DNA of 64,000 bases from the human T2T-CHM13v2.0 reference genome, Homo sapiens: NCBI RefSeq assembly GCF_009914755.1, contig NC_060930.1; one strand, 5' to 3'. Both the position numbers and the translations under genes were made by a program. Each line of letters opens with the position of its first letter. Positions within the stretch are counted from its first letter, which is position 1. Of the stretch, positions 26,582 through 40,365 are shown in pieces. The notes beneath the pieces are model-generated. The model saw only the letters and a list, made by a program, of their open reading frames with translations, searched no databases and was not told where the DNA came from.

Positions 26582-26629
26582 CTAAACAGTCAAAAAGTCA
26601 CCACATGATTTGTTCTACCCTTTTCCTCT

Positions 26630-29000
26630 TCCTCTTGCCTATTTGTAATGTGTTTTTTTTTTTTGTGACAGTGAGAAGCTTGGCTACCATTTATAATTTA
26701 TTTACTTACTTGCTGAACTCTACTTTTACATGTAAAGTAGTTTCAGAGTTGTGCATCTATACCTCAGTAAGAAACAAATTTACCCCAAAGAGTATGATGT
26801 TTTTGTACAGTTATTTTAGCTTTTACCTTAATGTCGTCAATCAAAACTCTTGTTTCTAAAGTTATTTAGATCAGTTCCTTTTCTTTCCACATCATTTAGT
26901 GATGTCTTAACTTTTCTAATGTCATACTTTTCTAATGAACTAGTTCTAATAAACTTTTCTAATAAATCTGACTTCATTAGAAGTTTTTGTGACAGTCTTC
27001 ATTAGCAGATTTGTGACAGTCTGCTTTCTGTTATTGGACCCTCCTACATCCTGGTTGATGTTTTTAATTTGTGTACAATAAGTTATTACTTAGGGTAGAG
27101 CTCTATTGATTTTGACAAACATGTGTACCATCACAGGACTGGATTAAACAATTACAGCATTCTAAACATTCTCTTCAATGCCTCATTAAAAACAATCCCA
27201 ATCTCAACTTTCTGTCAACCACTGATCTGCTGTCTGTCCTGATATTTAGCTCTACATTTTCCTGAATGCTGTATAAGTGGAATCATGCAATAGGTACCTT
27301 TTGTGTATGGCTTCTTTCACGTAAGAAAATGCACTTAAGACTTATCAGTATTGTATTAATCACTTTGTTCCTTTTTAGTGCCAGATAGTATATCATTGTA
27401 TTTATGTACCAGAAGTTATCTGTTCATCTGTTGTAAGGCATGTTGTTTGTTTGCATTTATTGGTGAATACGTATAAAGGTGAATATGAATATGTATAAAT
27501 GTACCCTATAAACATTTGCATATATAACAAAATCTTTATTTCACTTGAGTAAATACTTGATTGCTGGATTGTATGGTAAAGTGAATACTTAATTAACACT
27601 AAATTATTATGCCGGATTTCTTTTCAAAGTCTGCTTTACTATCCTGCATTCCCATCATCAATGACTACACTTTGAGTTCTTCTGCATCACAAGCATTTAC
27701 TATTGTCATTTGTTTTGTGTTTATTTCATTTTTATCTTACTAAGAGGTGTGCAGTGCTCATCATGGAGTATTAAGATCAATTTCTGTTAACTTTTTATTT
27801 TTATATAGCTTAAAGCTTACAAACAAATTAAAATAGTGCAAGAAACTCCAATGCTTTACTCAGAGTCCCAAAATGTTTTGGGATATTTTGCTATAATTGC
27901 CTTAATATTTTATCTCTATGTTCACTTATCTATATTATATGCATTTCTACAATAATATATATTATCTATATCATATATAATTCTTTTTGTGAAACATTTT
28001 AGAGGAAGTTTGAAATATTATGAACCTTTATCCTTAATTACTGCAGTATGTGTTTTCTAAGAACAATGTTATTTCTTACATCATCATAGTACAATTACAA
28101 AAACCAATACTATTGACTATAGTTAATAATAATGTATACATAAAATTTGCTGAGAGTAGATTTTTAGTATAGTTTTCACATAATAGTCTAGTAATTTTGA
28201 AAAGTGCCCTTCAATTTTGGTTTATCTGATGTTACCTTTTGATTCAAATTCAGGTTTTATATAACTTTGAAAGAAGTACAACAGAAGTGATATGTTATCC
28301 TCAGTGCGTATCAGTGGACATTTTTAGTTAGGTTGTTCTAATATTTGTTAACTTATTCCAGTAAAAAATTTATGTAATTTATCCCCTTGGACTTAATGAA
28401 TAATTTTGTTATTTAAGAACTATAAACATGTATTTTTGTTAAAGAATCTTTCACCCACTAGTTTAGCAATCATTGATAATTTTCCAACTCCACCTTACTT
28501 TCATGTATATGTTGATTTTCTGCTATAAGGAAGAGCTTTGCCTTTATACCTCCCTAAGTATTTGTCTATTTTTCAATTTATTATACATTTATATAAGAAT
28601 TGAATCATCAGTTATTATATTATTCAGTGAATTATAATACATTAACTTTATTATTTATTTTACTGCTGAAATTTCCTCCTACTTAGCCAGTGGAAAACCT
28701 GTAGAGCTGTCCCCTGTGTCCTTTTGATTTATTCTCCTTTTTCTTTGAGTACTTCTTTATAATGCAAAAAAGATATTTAAGGTTTCTCTTTTAACTTCCT
28801 TGCTCTAGGCTTGAAATTTATCTTTTCTGTAAAAAGTATGGTTCCTTTAAGTAGAGAATGATATTAAGAAATCAAGATCTAGGTGATCAGAGTGTTCTCT
28901 TATAAAGGGAAAGAGTTAGGAAATATGTGCATGTGTGGGTATGTATGCATACATACATACACATATGTATATATTTATGTCTATATATTGATATACATAC
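26630..29000 (-). mobile_element. Cluster of old, diverged L1M (MC/ME-type) fragments
   Basis: gcaaccactgatctg / ggcttctttcac / aagaaatcaagatctagg-type L1M 3'UTR motifs in antisense; boundaries approximate. Confidence 0.5.
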
Positions 29001-29084
29001 ATTTATATGCAGATACGTACTTTGTAGGAATTATATAAATACACATGCACACATATACACTCATATCAGATTTATACTGATAAA

Positions 29085-29307
29085 CCATTGACCCTTGAAC
29101 AGCATAGGTTTAAATGACATGGGTCTATTTATATGCAAAGTTTTTCAATAAAATTTACATGGAGTGTGCCTGCCTCTCCTGCCTCCCCTTCTAATTCCTT
29201 GACCTCTTCTGCCTCTGCCACCCCCAAGACAGCAAGACCAACCTCTCCTCTTCCTCCTCCTCCGAGGTCTATTCAATTTGAAGATGATGAGGATGAAGAA
29301 CTTTACA
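29085..29307. mobile_element. Tigger2-family DNA transposon, left part (split by L1)
   Basis: TIR-like cattgacccttgaacagca; cttcctcctcctcc...gaagatgatgaggatgaaga typical of Tigger2a/b. Confidence 0.8.
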
Positions 29308-30775
29308 AGAGGAGAAGGAGCCAAGATGGCCTACTAAATGCAGATAGGAAGAGCATCTCCCAGCAAGAGACCAGACTATTAAGAAGACTGGCACACTGTG
29401 TGAGGATCTTTGGAAGAAAGGAATTCAGAGCGGATGGAAAGAAGATGGATACCCGGGGCTGAATGGGGAGCAATCTGGAATCTCTTCATTGGCCTGCTGA
29501 GTATGAGGGACGCATTCCTGGTGCCAGTGGGTCCTGGGGAAGGGGTGAGACAAATAAGCGAGGATGGCCCACTCTCACTATGGAACACCAGAATGCTAGC
29601 TTCAGGACACCTCATGGCCACCATGGACATTTGAGCTGACAAGAAGAGCTGTTTAGAGAGGTCAGACCTCCAGCCTGTGTGGATTCCAGAGGGTTTGGCT
29701 CAAGAACAGCTGGAGAACAGCTAGGGATGTACATCCCCCAAGTCTGGCCACATTCCCCGAAGTGTCTGTAGCCTTTGATGACTGTCAGACCTGGACAAAG
29801 CAGGGTGATCTTGCCAATAAGATGGATGTGACCTGAGCTTTCCCTTCTCTGCCAGCCACTCCTAGGGTCCCTGCTTGGCTGATGCTGCTTGCAGCACAGT
29901 GTCAGATGCCCAACCAGGTGCTTCCTGGTGGCCATTGCCATAGGTCCTTTGTTGACAGACCCTCCCTAACCATCAGAGAGCTTCTGCAGACAGACTACTG
30001 CCAGCATGCACCCAACTACGCACAGCATCCCCACACTGCAGCCTCCCCACACCACTATGCTGGCACACATTCACCTGTAGCACCCCCACTGATTTGCTGG
30101 CACCTGTGTAGGCAGAACTCACTGCATCCCCTGAGCACCCTGTCCACATGCATGTACTCCACTGTACCACTATTGCTGCTGGCATGCATGCACAAGCTGA
30201 GATCCCACTGCCACTGCTCCAGTGAAGCATGTTGGCTGACAGATTCCATCGGGGTATTGTTGCCAGTGGACAGGGCATACCTTGATTCCTCCAACACAGC
30301 AGGTGCTTAACGTTGAGAGGGTCAGAGAAAAAGGCCATGGACCTGTTAGTAGCCCTTCAGGGGCTGCTTTATAGTGTCAATCAAGTCTGCGTAACAACAA
30401 ACAACAAAATGACAGGATCAAATCCACATATCAATGTTAACCTTGAATGTAAATAGGTAAATGTCTTAGTTAAAAGGCAAAGAATGGCAAGGTGGATAAA
30501 GAAATAAGACCCAACTGTATGCTGTCTTTAAGAGACCCATATTCCATGCAATGACACCCATAGCCTCAAACTAAAGAGATGGAGAAAATTCTACAAGGCA
30601 AATGGAAAACAAAAAAGAGCAGAGGTTGCTATTCTAATTTCAGACAAAACAGATTTTAAACCAGCAAAGATAAAAGAAGGGCATTACACATGATAAATAG
30701 GTCAATTCAACAAGAAGACATAACCATTCTAAACACACACACATTTATACATATTATATATAATATTTTATATTT

Positions 30776-30840
30776 TATATATATATATATATACACACAC
30801 ACACGCACATACACACACACACACACACATATACACACAC
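30776..30840. repeat. (TA)n(CA)n compound microsatellite inside L1 ORF2
   Basis: Direct inspection. Confidence 0.9.
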
Positions 30841-31960
30841 CCAACACTGGAGCACCCAGGTTCATAAAACAAGTTCTTAGAGATCTATGAAGAGACTTTA
30901 TAACCACACAAAAATAGTGGCAGACTTTAACACCTCACTTAAAGTATTAGAGAGGTCATGAAAGAAGAAAACTAATAAGGATGTTTGGGACCTGAACTCT
31001 ACACTTGGACAAATTGACCTAGCACACATGTACAGAACACTCCACTCAACAGCAACAGAATATATATTCTTCTCATTGGCATATGACACCAACTCTAAAA
31101 TTGACCATGTGATAAGACATAAAATAATTGTTAGTAAATTCAAAAAAACAAAATCATACCAACCATGCTCTTGGACCACAGTGCAATAAAAATAAAAATT
31201 AATACCAGAAAGATCTCTCAAAACCATACAATTACATGGAAATTAAACAACCTACTCCTGAGTGATTTTTTGAGTAAACAATGAAAGTAAGGCAAAAATC
31301 AAGAAATTTTTTGAAACTAATGAAAACAAAGATATAATTTACCAGAATCTCTGGGACATTGTGAAAGTTGTGTTAAAAGCAAAGTTTATAGCACTAAAGG
31401 CTCACATCAAAGAGTTAGGAAGATATCAGATTATCAAATTACCATCACACTCAGAGGGACCAGAAAAAAAGAACAAACAAACCTGAAAGTTAGCAGAAAA
31501 AAAATAAGCAAAATCAGAGCTGAACTGAAATTAATACATGAAAAATCATACAAAAGATAAACAAAACCCAAAATTGGTTTCTTGAAAAAATATATAAGAT
31601 TCATAATACACTAATTAGACAAATTAAAATGTTGAAGATCCAAATAAACACAATCAGAAATGACAAAAGGGACATAACCACTGACCCCACAGATAAAAAC
31701 AAAAACAAACAAACAAACAAAAACAACCCTAAGAAACTATTATGGACAACTCTATGCACACAAACTAGAAAATCTAAAATAAGTGAATAAATTCCTGGAT
31801 ACATACAACCTCCCAAGATTAAACCAGGAAGAAACTGATTCCTTGAACAGAGTAATAATAATGAGATCTGAAATTGAATCAGAAAAGCCTACCAACCAGA
31901 AAAAGCCCATGACCAGATGTATTCAGAGGTGAATACTACCAGACATATATAAAAGAGTTG

Positions 31961-34427
31961 TGATATAGTTTAGATATTTGTTCTGTCCCAAATCTCATAT
32001 TGAATGAAATCCTCCATGCTGGAGGGGGCCTGGTAGGAGGTGTTTTGATCATGGGGGCAGGTCCCTCATTGCTTATGCTATCTCTGTGATGATGAATGAG
32101 TTTGTATGTGATCTGGTCATTTAAAAGTGTGTGACACCTGACCTACCACTGTCTCTTTCTCTTGCTCCTGCTTTTACCATGTGACATGCCTATTCCTCTT
32201 TCAAATTCTACCATAATTGTTAGCTTCTTGAGGCCTCCCAAGAATCTGGGCAGATGCCAGCACCATACTTCCTGTAAAGCCTGCAGAACGGTGAGCTAAT
32301 GAAATATCTCTCTCTTTTTTTTTTTAAATAAATTACCCAGTCTTGGGTTCTTTTTATAGCAGTGAAAAATGGTCTAACAGAACATTGGTACTGAAGAGTA
32401 GAATATTGCTATAAAAATACTTGCAGATGTGGAAGCAGCTTTGGAACTGTGCAATGGGCAGAAGCTGAAAGAGTTTGGAGGGCTCAGAAGAAGATGGGAA
32501 GATAAGGGAAAGTTTAGAATTTCTTAGAGATTGGTTAAATAATTGTGACCAAAATGCTGCTAATGACATGGACAGTGAAGCCCAGGTTGCTGAGGTCTCA
32601 GATGGAAATGACGAACTTATTGAGAACTGAAGCAAAGGTCACATGTGTTATGCCCTAGCAAAGAGCTTGACTGCATTCTGTTCATGCCCTAGGGATCTGT
32701 GGAGGTATGAAATCAAGAGTGATAATTTAGAATACCTGGCAGAGGAAATTTCTAAGCAGCCAAGTGTTCAAGATGTGGCCTTGCTGCTTCTAACAACCTA
32801 GCTCAGATGTGGGAGAAAGAAATGACCCAAAGTTGGAAGTTATATATGAAAGAGAAGCAAACATAAGAGTTTGGAAAATTTGCAGCCTGGTCATATGGAA
32901 GAGAAAGAAAAAGCTTTATCAGAAGAGGAATTCAAGTAGCCTGTGGAGTAATCACTTTCTAGAGATGTTTGCATAACAAAAAGGAGCCAAGTGCCAATAG
33001 CCAGAGCAATGGGAAACATGCCTCGAAGGTATTTCAGAGACCTTCATGGCAGTCACTCCCATCACAGGCCAGGAGGCCTAGGAGGACAGAATCGTTTCAT
33101 AGGCCGGTCACAAGGCCCTTTTGAAGTTGCTCCCCATGTTCTGGCCTCTCTAGCTTCATCTGTGGCTCAAAAGGACCCAGGTACAGCTCCAGGCTGCCAT
33201 TCTGGAGAATGCAAGTCAAAAACCTTGGTGGAATCCATATGGTGTTAAGCCTGTAGGGGCACAGAATACAAGAGTGAAGAATGCTTGGCAGCCTCCTCCT
33301 GGATTTCAGAGGATATATGAGAAAGCCTGGGTGCTCAGGTAGAAGCCTGTTGCAGGGGCAGAACCCTCACAGAGAATCACTACTAGGGCAGTGCTGAGGG
33401 AAAAAGTGGGGTTGGAGCCTTCACACAGAGTCCCAAATTGGGCATTGCCTAGTGGAGCTGTGAGAAAAAGGTCACTCTTCTTTTGACCCCAGAAAGGTAG
33501 ATCCACTGACAGCTTGCACCCTGTGCCTGGAAAAGCTGCAAGAATTCAATTCCAATCTGTGAGAGCAGCCCTGGTGCTGAATACTGCCAAGACAAAGCTG
33601 TGGAGCTACTCAAGGCCTTGAAAACACACCGTTTGGGTTCCCTGCCCTAGATGCAGGATATGGAGGCAAAGGAGATTATTTTGAAGCTTTAAGACTTAAT
33701 GTAATTACTTCCCTGCTGGGTTTTGAACTTGCACGGGGCCTGTAGCCCCTTTCTTTTGGCTAATTTCTCCCCTTTGGAACAGCAATGTTTACCCAATGCC
33801 TATACCCCCATTGTATCTTGGAAGTAAATAACTAGGTTTTTTCAAAAAATTCATTTTACAGGATCACATGTAGAAGGGACTTCCCTTGTCTCAGGCAAAA
33901 CTTTGTACTTTGAGTTAATGAAATGAATTAAATCTTTGTGGGATTACTGGGAAGGATGATTGTATTTTTTGATGTGAGAAGTACATGAGATTTGCGAGGG
34001 GCCAGTGGTAGAATGATATAGCATGGATATTTGTCTCCACTTGAATTTCATGTTGAATGGCAATCCCTATTGCTGGAAATGGGGCCTGGTGGGAGGTGTT
34101 TGGATCATGGGAGCAGATCCCTCATGGCTTGTTTTGTCTTTACTATAGTAAGTGAGTTCTTGTGAAATCTGGTCATTTAAAAGTGTGTGGCACCTCCCCC
34201 TGACTCTCCATATTGTTTGCTCCTGCTTTTGCCATGTGATATCCCTGCTCCACCTTCAAGTTCTTCCATAATTGTAAGATTTCTGAGGCCTCCTTAGAAG
34301 CTGAGCAGGTGCCAGCCCCATGCTTTCTACTAATCATGCATAATTGTGAGCTAGTTAAACTTTTCTTCTTTATAAATTACCCAGTCTCAGATATTTATTT
34401 ATAGCAATATAAAAATAGCCTAACACT
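31961..34427 (+). mobile_element. Full-length MST (MSTA-like) MaLR element: LTR-int-LTR
   Basis: LTRs ~31961-32379 and ~34014-34427 starting tgatatag; MaLR internal sequence; degenerate 5-bp TSD agttg/agcta; L1 ORF2 resumes on both sides. Confidence 0.88.
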
Positions 34428-37122
34428 AGCTACTACAATTCCTACTGAAACTATTCCAAAAAATTTGAGGAGAAAGGACCCCTTTCTAACTCATTCTATG
34501 AGGCCAGCATTATTCCTTTACCGATACCTCACAAAGAAACAACAAAAAAAGAAAAATTTAGACCGATATCTCTGAATAACATAGATTCAAAAATACTCAA
34601 AAAAGTATTACCAAACCCAATTTAGTACCACATCAAAGAGCTAATCCACCACAGTCAAGTAGGCCATATTCCTGGGATGCATGGTTTGTTCAACATATGC
34701 CAATCAATACATGGAATTCATCACATAAACAACACTATAAACAAAACCCACATGATCATCTCAATAGATACAGAAAAGGCTTTCAATAACACTCATCGTC
34801 ACTTCATGTTAAAAACCCTCAACACACTAGGCAATGAAGGAATATACTTCAAAATACTAAGATCCATCTATGACAAACACACATCATACTGAACAGGCTG
34901 GAAGCATTCTCCTTGGGAACCAGAACAAGACAAGGATACCTACACTAACTACTCATATTGAACATAGCACCGGAAGTCCTAGTCAGAGCAATCAGTCAAG
35001 AGAAGGACATAAAAGGCATCCAAATAGGAAGAGAGGAAGTCACCATGATATGATTGTATATACAGAAAATTCCATAGTCTCTACCCAAAAGCTCCTAGAT
35101 CTGATAAACAACTTCAGTAAAGTTTCAGGATACAAAATCAATGTACAAAAATCACTAGTATTTTTATACACCAATGATGTCCAAACTGAGAACCACATTA
35201 AGAATGCAATTGGGTTCACAATAGCCATACACAAAAAAAACTAGAAATACAGCTAAACAGGGTTGTTAAAAATTTCTACAATGAGAATTTCAAAACACTG
35301 CTCAAAGATATCAGAAATGACACACACAAATGGAAAAATGTTCCATGCTCATGAATTGGAAGAATCGTTGTTAAAATGGCCATACTGACCAAAGCAATTT
35401 ACAGATTCCAATGCTCTGTCAAACTAGCGATGACATTTTTCACAGAATTGCTTTGGCTATCCAGGCTCTTTTCTGGTTCCATATAAACTACTAATAATTT
35501 GTATTATTAATAATTTGTTTGTAATATATATTATATATTTTTATATTATAGTGTTATATATTATATATTACATAGTAATATATAATAATTTATTAATAAG
35601 TACTTTATTAATAAACTATTAATAATTTATATGGAACCAAAAAGAGCCTGGATAGCCAAAGCAATCCTTAGCACAAAGAATAAAGCCAGAGGCATCACAG
35701 TATCAGAATTTGAACCATACAACAAGGCTACATTAACCAAAACAGCAGGCACTGGTACAATAACAAACACATAGACCAATGGCATAGAATACAGCATCCA
35801 GAAATAGAGCGGCACACCTAAAACCATCTGATTTTCAACAAAGTCAAGAAAAAGAAGAAATGAAGAAAGGACTCCCTATTCAATAAACGGTGCTGAGATA
35901 ACTAGCTAGCTATACGCAGAAGACTGAAACTTGACCCCTTACCTTTCACCATATACAAAAATCAACTAAAGATGTATTAAACCCATAAATGTATCACCTA
36001 AAACTATAACAATCCTAGAAAAAAAACTAGGAAATACCATTCTGAAAATAGGCCATGGGAAAGAAAATATTTTCATTATGATGCCAAAAGCAATTGTACA
36101 AAACCAAAAACTGACAAATGGCACTTAATTAAAGAGGAAACTTTCAACCAGATAAACAGATACCCTAAAAAACGGGAGTAAATACTTGCAAACTATGCAT
36201 CTAACAAATATCTAATATCCAGAATCTGTAAGGAACTTAAACAAATTAGTAAGCCAAAAAAAAAACAAAAAAACACCATTGAAAAATGGGCAAAGGACAT
36301 GAACATTTGTCAGAAGGTGACATACACATGACTAAATCTATAAAAAAAAGTTCATCACTATTCATTAGATAAATGCAAATCAAAACCACATTGAGATACC
36401 ATCTCATACCCACTCAGAATGGCTATCCTTAAAAGTAAAAAAATAACAGATGTCGGTGAGGTTGTGGGGAAAAGGGAATATTTATACACTGCTGGTGGGA
36501 ATATAAGTTAGTCCTGCCGTGGTTAAAAGCAGTTTGGAGACTTCTCAAAGAACTTAAAACAGAATTATCATTTGACCCAGCAATGCCAGTACTGGGTATA
36601 TACCCAAAGGAATATAAATTGTTCTACCATAAATATGCATGCACATGTATGTTCATTGCAGCACTATTCCTAATAGCAAAGTCATGGAATCTATCTAAAT
36701 GCCTATCAATGGTGGAGTGAATAAAGAAAATGTGGTACAAATACACCATGGAATATTAAGCTGACATAAAATTGAATGAGATCATATTCTTTGTAGCAAT
36801 ATGGAAGGAGCTGGAGGCCATTATCTTAATTGAATTAATGCAAGAACAGGAAACCAACTACTGCACATTCTTACTTCTAAGTGGGAGCTAAGCGTTGAGT
36901 ACACACAGATGCAAATAAGAGAACATTGATAAGAGGACCTACTTGAAGGTCAAGGGTGGGAGGAGGGCAAGGATCAAAAAACTACCTATCAGGTACTAAG
37001 CTTATTGCCTCAGTGATGAAATAATCTATCTGTACACCAAACCTCCATGACACACAATTTTCGCACGTTATATACCTGCACATGTACCTTCTGAACTTAA
37101 AATAAAAACTGGAAAGAAAAAA

Positions 37123-37415
37123 GACCTATATGATAACTTTCACTTAATAAAAAGTAAATGTATTTTCTCTTCCGTATGATTTTCTTAGTGTTTTTTCTTT
37201 TCTCTAGGTTACTTTATTCATTGTAACAATACGATATTTATACCTATAACATACAAAATACACATATGTGTTAATCAACTGTTAATGTTATGGGTAAGGC
37301 TCCCAGTCAAGAGTTTGTTATTAGTTGTTAAGATTTAAGGAGTCGAATTTATACATAAATTTTCAACTGTGTAGTTTTAGCACCCTTAGTTCCCACATTG
37401 TTCAAGAGTCAACTC
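37123..37415. mobile_element. Tigger2-family transposon, right part
   Basis: Continues the left part; ends tgttcaagagtcaactc + TA (inverse of the left TIR). Confidence 0.8.
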
Positions 37416-37739
37416 TATACAATCTTATCCAATCATCCAAAGTGTTAGGAATATTCTAGTATCATATGTAAATACATGCATGTACATATATTTATATTTA
37501 TGTTTCTATGCCTGTGTATTAAAAAACATGAGTTTATACTCATATCTCCAATTTATAAACAATACCTCAGGGTGCCTTTTACTTCTCCTTTCCGTATTAG
37601 CAGTTCCTCCTCCAACAGTGAGAAACCTAGCTTCATTAATTTCAACAATATCTACAAATTTGCTCAAGTCAAGAATGCATGGCAAAAAGGTTTAGAATCA
37701 CTAACCAAAACCACTAATAATTAATAATTAAACAAATCT

Positions 37740-39380
37740 AATAAGAAAACAATTTATCATCCTGTTCTTAGCTAAAATGTACACATAAGTGCATAATCCT
37801 AAACGTATGTAGATTAGATGGGTTTTAAAAATGCATACAGTTTTAAAACTCACATTTTTTAAAGATATAATACATTTTCATAAACAGAAAATTCCTTCTG
37901 TCCCCTTCCCAATCAACACTGTTACTTGGGGTAACAATTTTTTTAATGTTTTTCCTTATTTTTGAAATAAAAAGTGAAATCTTATAATAGGTCCCTTTTC
38001 TTTTATCTTTTGTTTAGCATAATATTTGAGAGAGTCTTATGTCAGTAGTTTGATCCTTCCTTCACTGAGTAATAGTCCATTGTACATACATATCACTAGG
38101 TCCTTATTTATTTTCATGTTGACAGATATTTTTTTGTTTCCAAATCTGGGTTACAATCAATAAAACTGCTATAAACATGCTTGTAAATGACTTTTTATAG
38201 AACAATATTTTCATTTCACTTGTTTATATAAATTGTTATTCTTAGCATAGGTGTATGTTTAATTTTAAATATAATCTGCAAAATGTTTTTCAAATTTTTT
38301 AAACTTTCATTTGATTCCCTATCAACAATTTTATCTTTTTACCAACAGTGTGTGAGACTTTGAGTTACTTCACATTTTCAATAATTTTTTTATTAACTTT
38401 AGTCTCTGGAGGAGTATTCACTTTTGGTTAGTTTTACATTTTTCTGATGATTAATCATAAGAATTTTTTACTTATCTTTCAATGAAAATATTTTCTCCAG
38501 TTATTTGCACACCGTTTTAGTGTTTTGTTTTATATTAGTGAATTATAAGCGCTGTCTGGATATATTCTGCTTTATGTCCTGGGTATGTGTTTGTAAGTAT
38601 TTTCTCTCATGCTTATTCATTTTCTAAATAGTATCATTGGTGAGCAAAAATTTTAAATTTGGTTAGTCTAAATTATCATTTTTTCTTTAATGATTATTGC
38701 TTATTTTACATGTTCTAATACAAAAATTCCTACTCCTTGATAACAAAGAACTTCTACATTTTCTCCTTCATAGTTTTAGGTTTTACATAGAGAATGATGA
38801 TCATCTAAAATTAGTGTCTTTGTGTATGATGTGAGGTAGAAGTCAATGTCATTTTTTCCGTATGAATATCTACCATTTCCACCATCATTTTTTAAAAGGC
38901 TTTTATTTTCTTATTGAATTGCTTTGGATATTTTGTTGAAAATAAATTAATTGTATAAGTGTGGTTCTATTTCTGAAATTTTTCACTTTCATTGATCAAA
39001 CCGTCTTTTTATTTTTCAAATTAAACACTTTCTTAAGCTGTAAAATCAGATGGTACAATTTGTCAACTTTTTCTTGTATTTAATAGACTTATTGGCCATT
39101 ATATGTTTATACATTTCTATATCTTAAAACACATGTCAATTTTTAAAAAAAACTACTTGCATTAGAAGAGGGATTACATTGAATCTATGAATTATCTTAA
39201 CCACATTTATTCTTCCAGTATGTGATGTGATTACATTTTTCCATTCTTATATATTTAATTTCTCTTCGCAATGTTTTGTATTTTTCTGCATATTTTCCTT
39301 TTTAAAAATATTAACCATAAATATTTTATGGTTTTGCAGATTTTATAAAAAGATATTTTAGAAAGTTTAATTTATAATCT
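37740..39380 (-). mobile_element. Old L1M fragment(s), antisense
   Basis: tgtatgatgtgaggtagaagtc...ttgaattgctttggatattttgttgaaaataaatt (antisense ORF2/3'UTR motifs). Confidence 0.55.
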
Positions 39381-39688
39381 CAACCTAAGTCTTATGCTAT
39401 GATGGAGGAAGACTTTTGGTATCTTAGTAAAAAAGGGTGTATTTTGCATGTAAGTGGAATATAAATAATCATTGCTAGATAGCAAAATGTAGTAAAAAGT
39501 AAATGGATAAATAGACAAACAAGAAAATAAATAAATAAAATAAATATTACCTCATTTTTGAATCTGGATGGACTCTGAAATGTTTGCACGATAGAATCTT
39601 GCAGAAGTGTTACTTTGCCAATTTTGGCCCACGGATCTTAAGAGACTTGCACTTTCTGATTCTTTCCTCTTAAAATAGTTGCTCCTTA

Positions 39689-40365
39689 CCAGGTTCTCAA
39701 CTTCACCATTAATGACACTTTTATCAGATAATTTTTAGTTGTATGAGACTTCGTTACTCATTGTAAGATGTATACAGAATCCCTGACCTCTACCTTGTAT
39801 TTGTGAGGCTACGCCAAAAAATGGGTTGTGAAAACAACAAAAATTTATTGTTTCACAGTTCTAAAAGCTAGACATCCAAGACTAAGGTCTTGGTAAAGTT
39901 GATTCCTTCTGACAACTATGAGAGAGAATCTCTTCCATGTTCCTCCCATGTTTTCCAGTGCTTTGTTGATAATGTCTGTCATTCGATGGCTTGTAGAAGC
40001 ATCACCCCAATCACTGCTTTCATCTTCATATGGAGGTCTCCCTGTGTGTCTGTGCCTAAATTTTCCTTTTTGATAAGGACATCAGTCATATTAGATTAGA
40101 AACCTATCCTACTCAAGTATGACTTCTCCTTAACTAATTACATATATTTGAGATGACTTTATTTACAAATAACATTACATTGTGATATGACCTCACTGAG
40201 GGTTAGAACTTTAAAATGTGAATTTTTGGAGGAAAAATTTAGCACATAGTATACTCACTTGATGCCTCTTTTATTCCTCCAGTCCTGACAACCATAAATG
40301 TCTCTAGGCTTTGCCAAATGTCTCCTGGAAAGGCAAAGTCATTTCTAGCTTAGAACCAATGTTCT
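39689..40365. mobile_element. MER20 DNA transposon split by an MLT1 LTR
   Basis: caggttctcaac...gaatccctgacctctacc | actcacttgatgcc...ccaaatgtctcctgg...gaaccaatg halves. Confidence 0.6.
39797..40250 (-). mobile_element. MLT1B/C-like LTR
   Basis: aaatttattgtttcacagttctaaaagctagacatccaag...aaggacatcagtcatattagattag. Confidence 0.7.

Larger units (their letters stand above)
29308..37122 (+). mobile_element. L1PA15/16-like LINE-1 with 5'UTR, ORF1 largely deleted, decayed ORF2 and 3'UTR; interrupted by MST
   Basis: ggagccaagatggcc 5' end; ORF2 start ATGACAGGATCAAAT at 30409; EN/RT remnants (TPNTGAPRFIKQVLRDL; [12 protein letters not shown]; [14 protein letters not shown]); 3'UTR and A-rich tail ~37099-37122. 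Confidence 0.88.
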
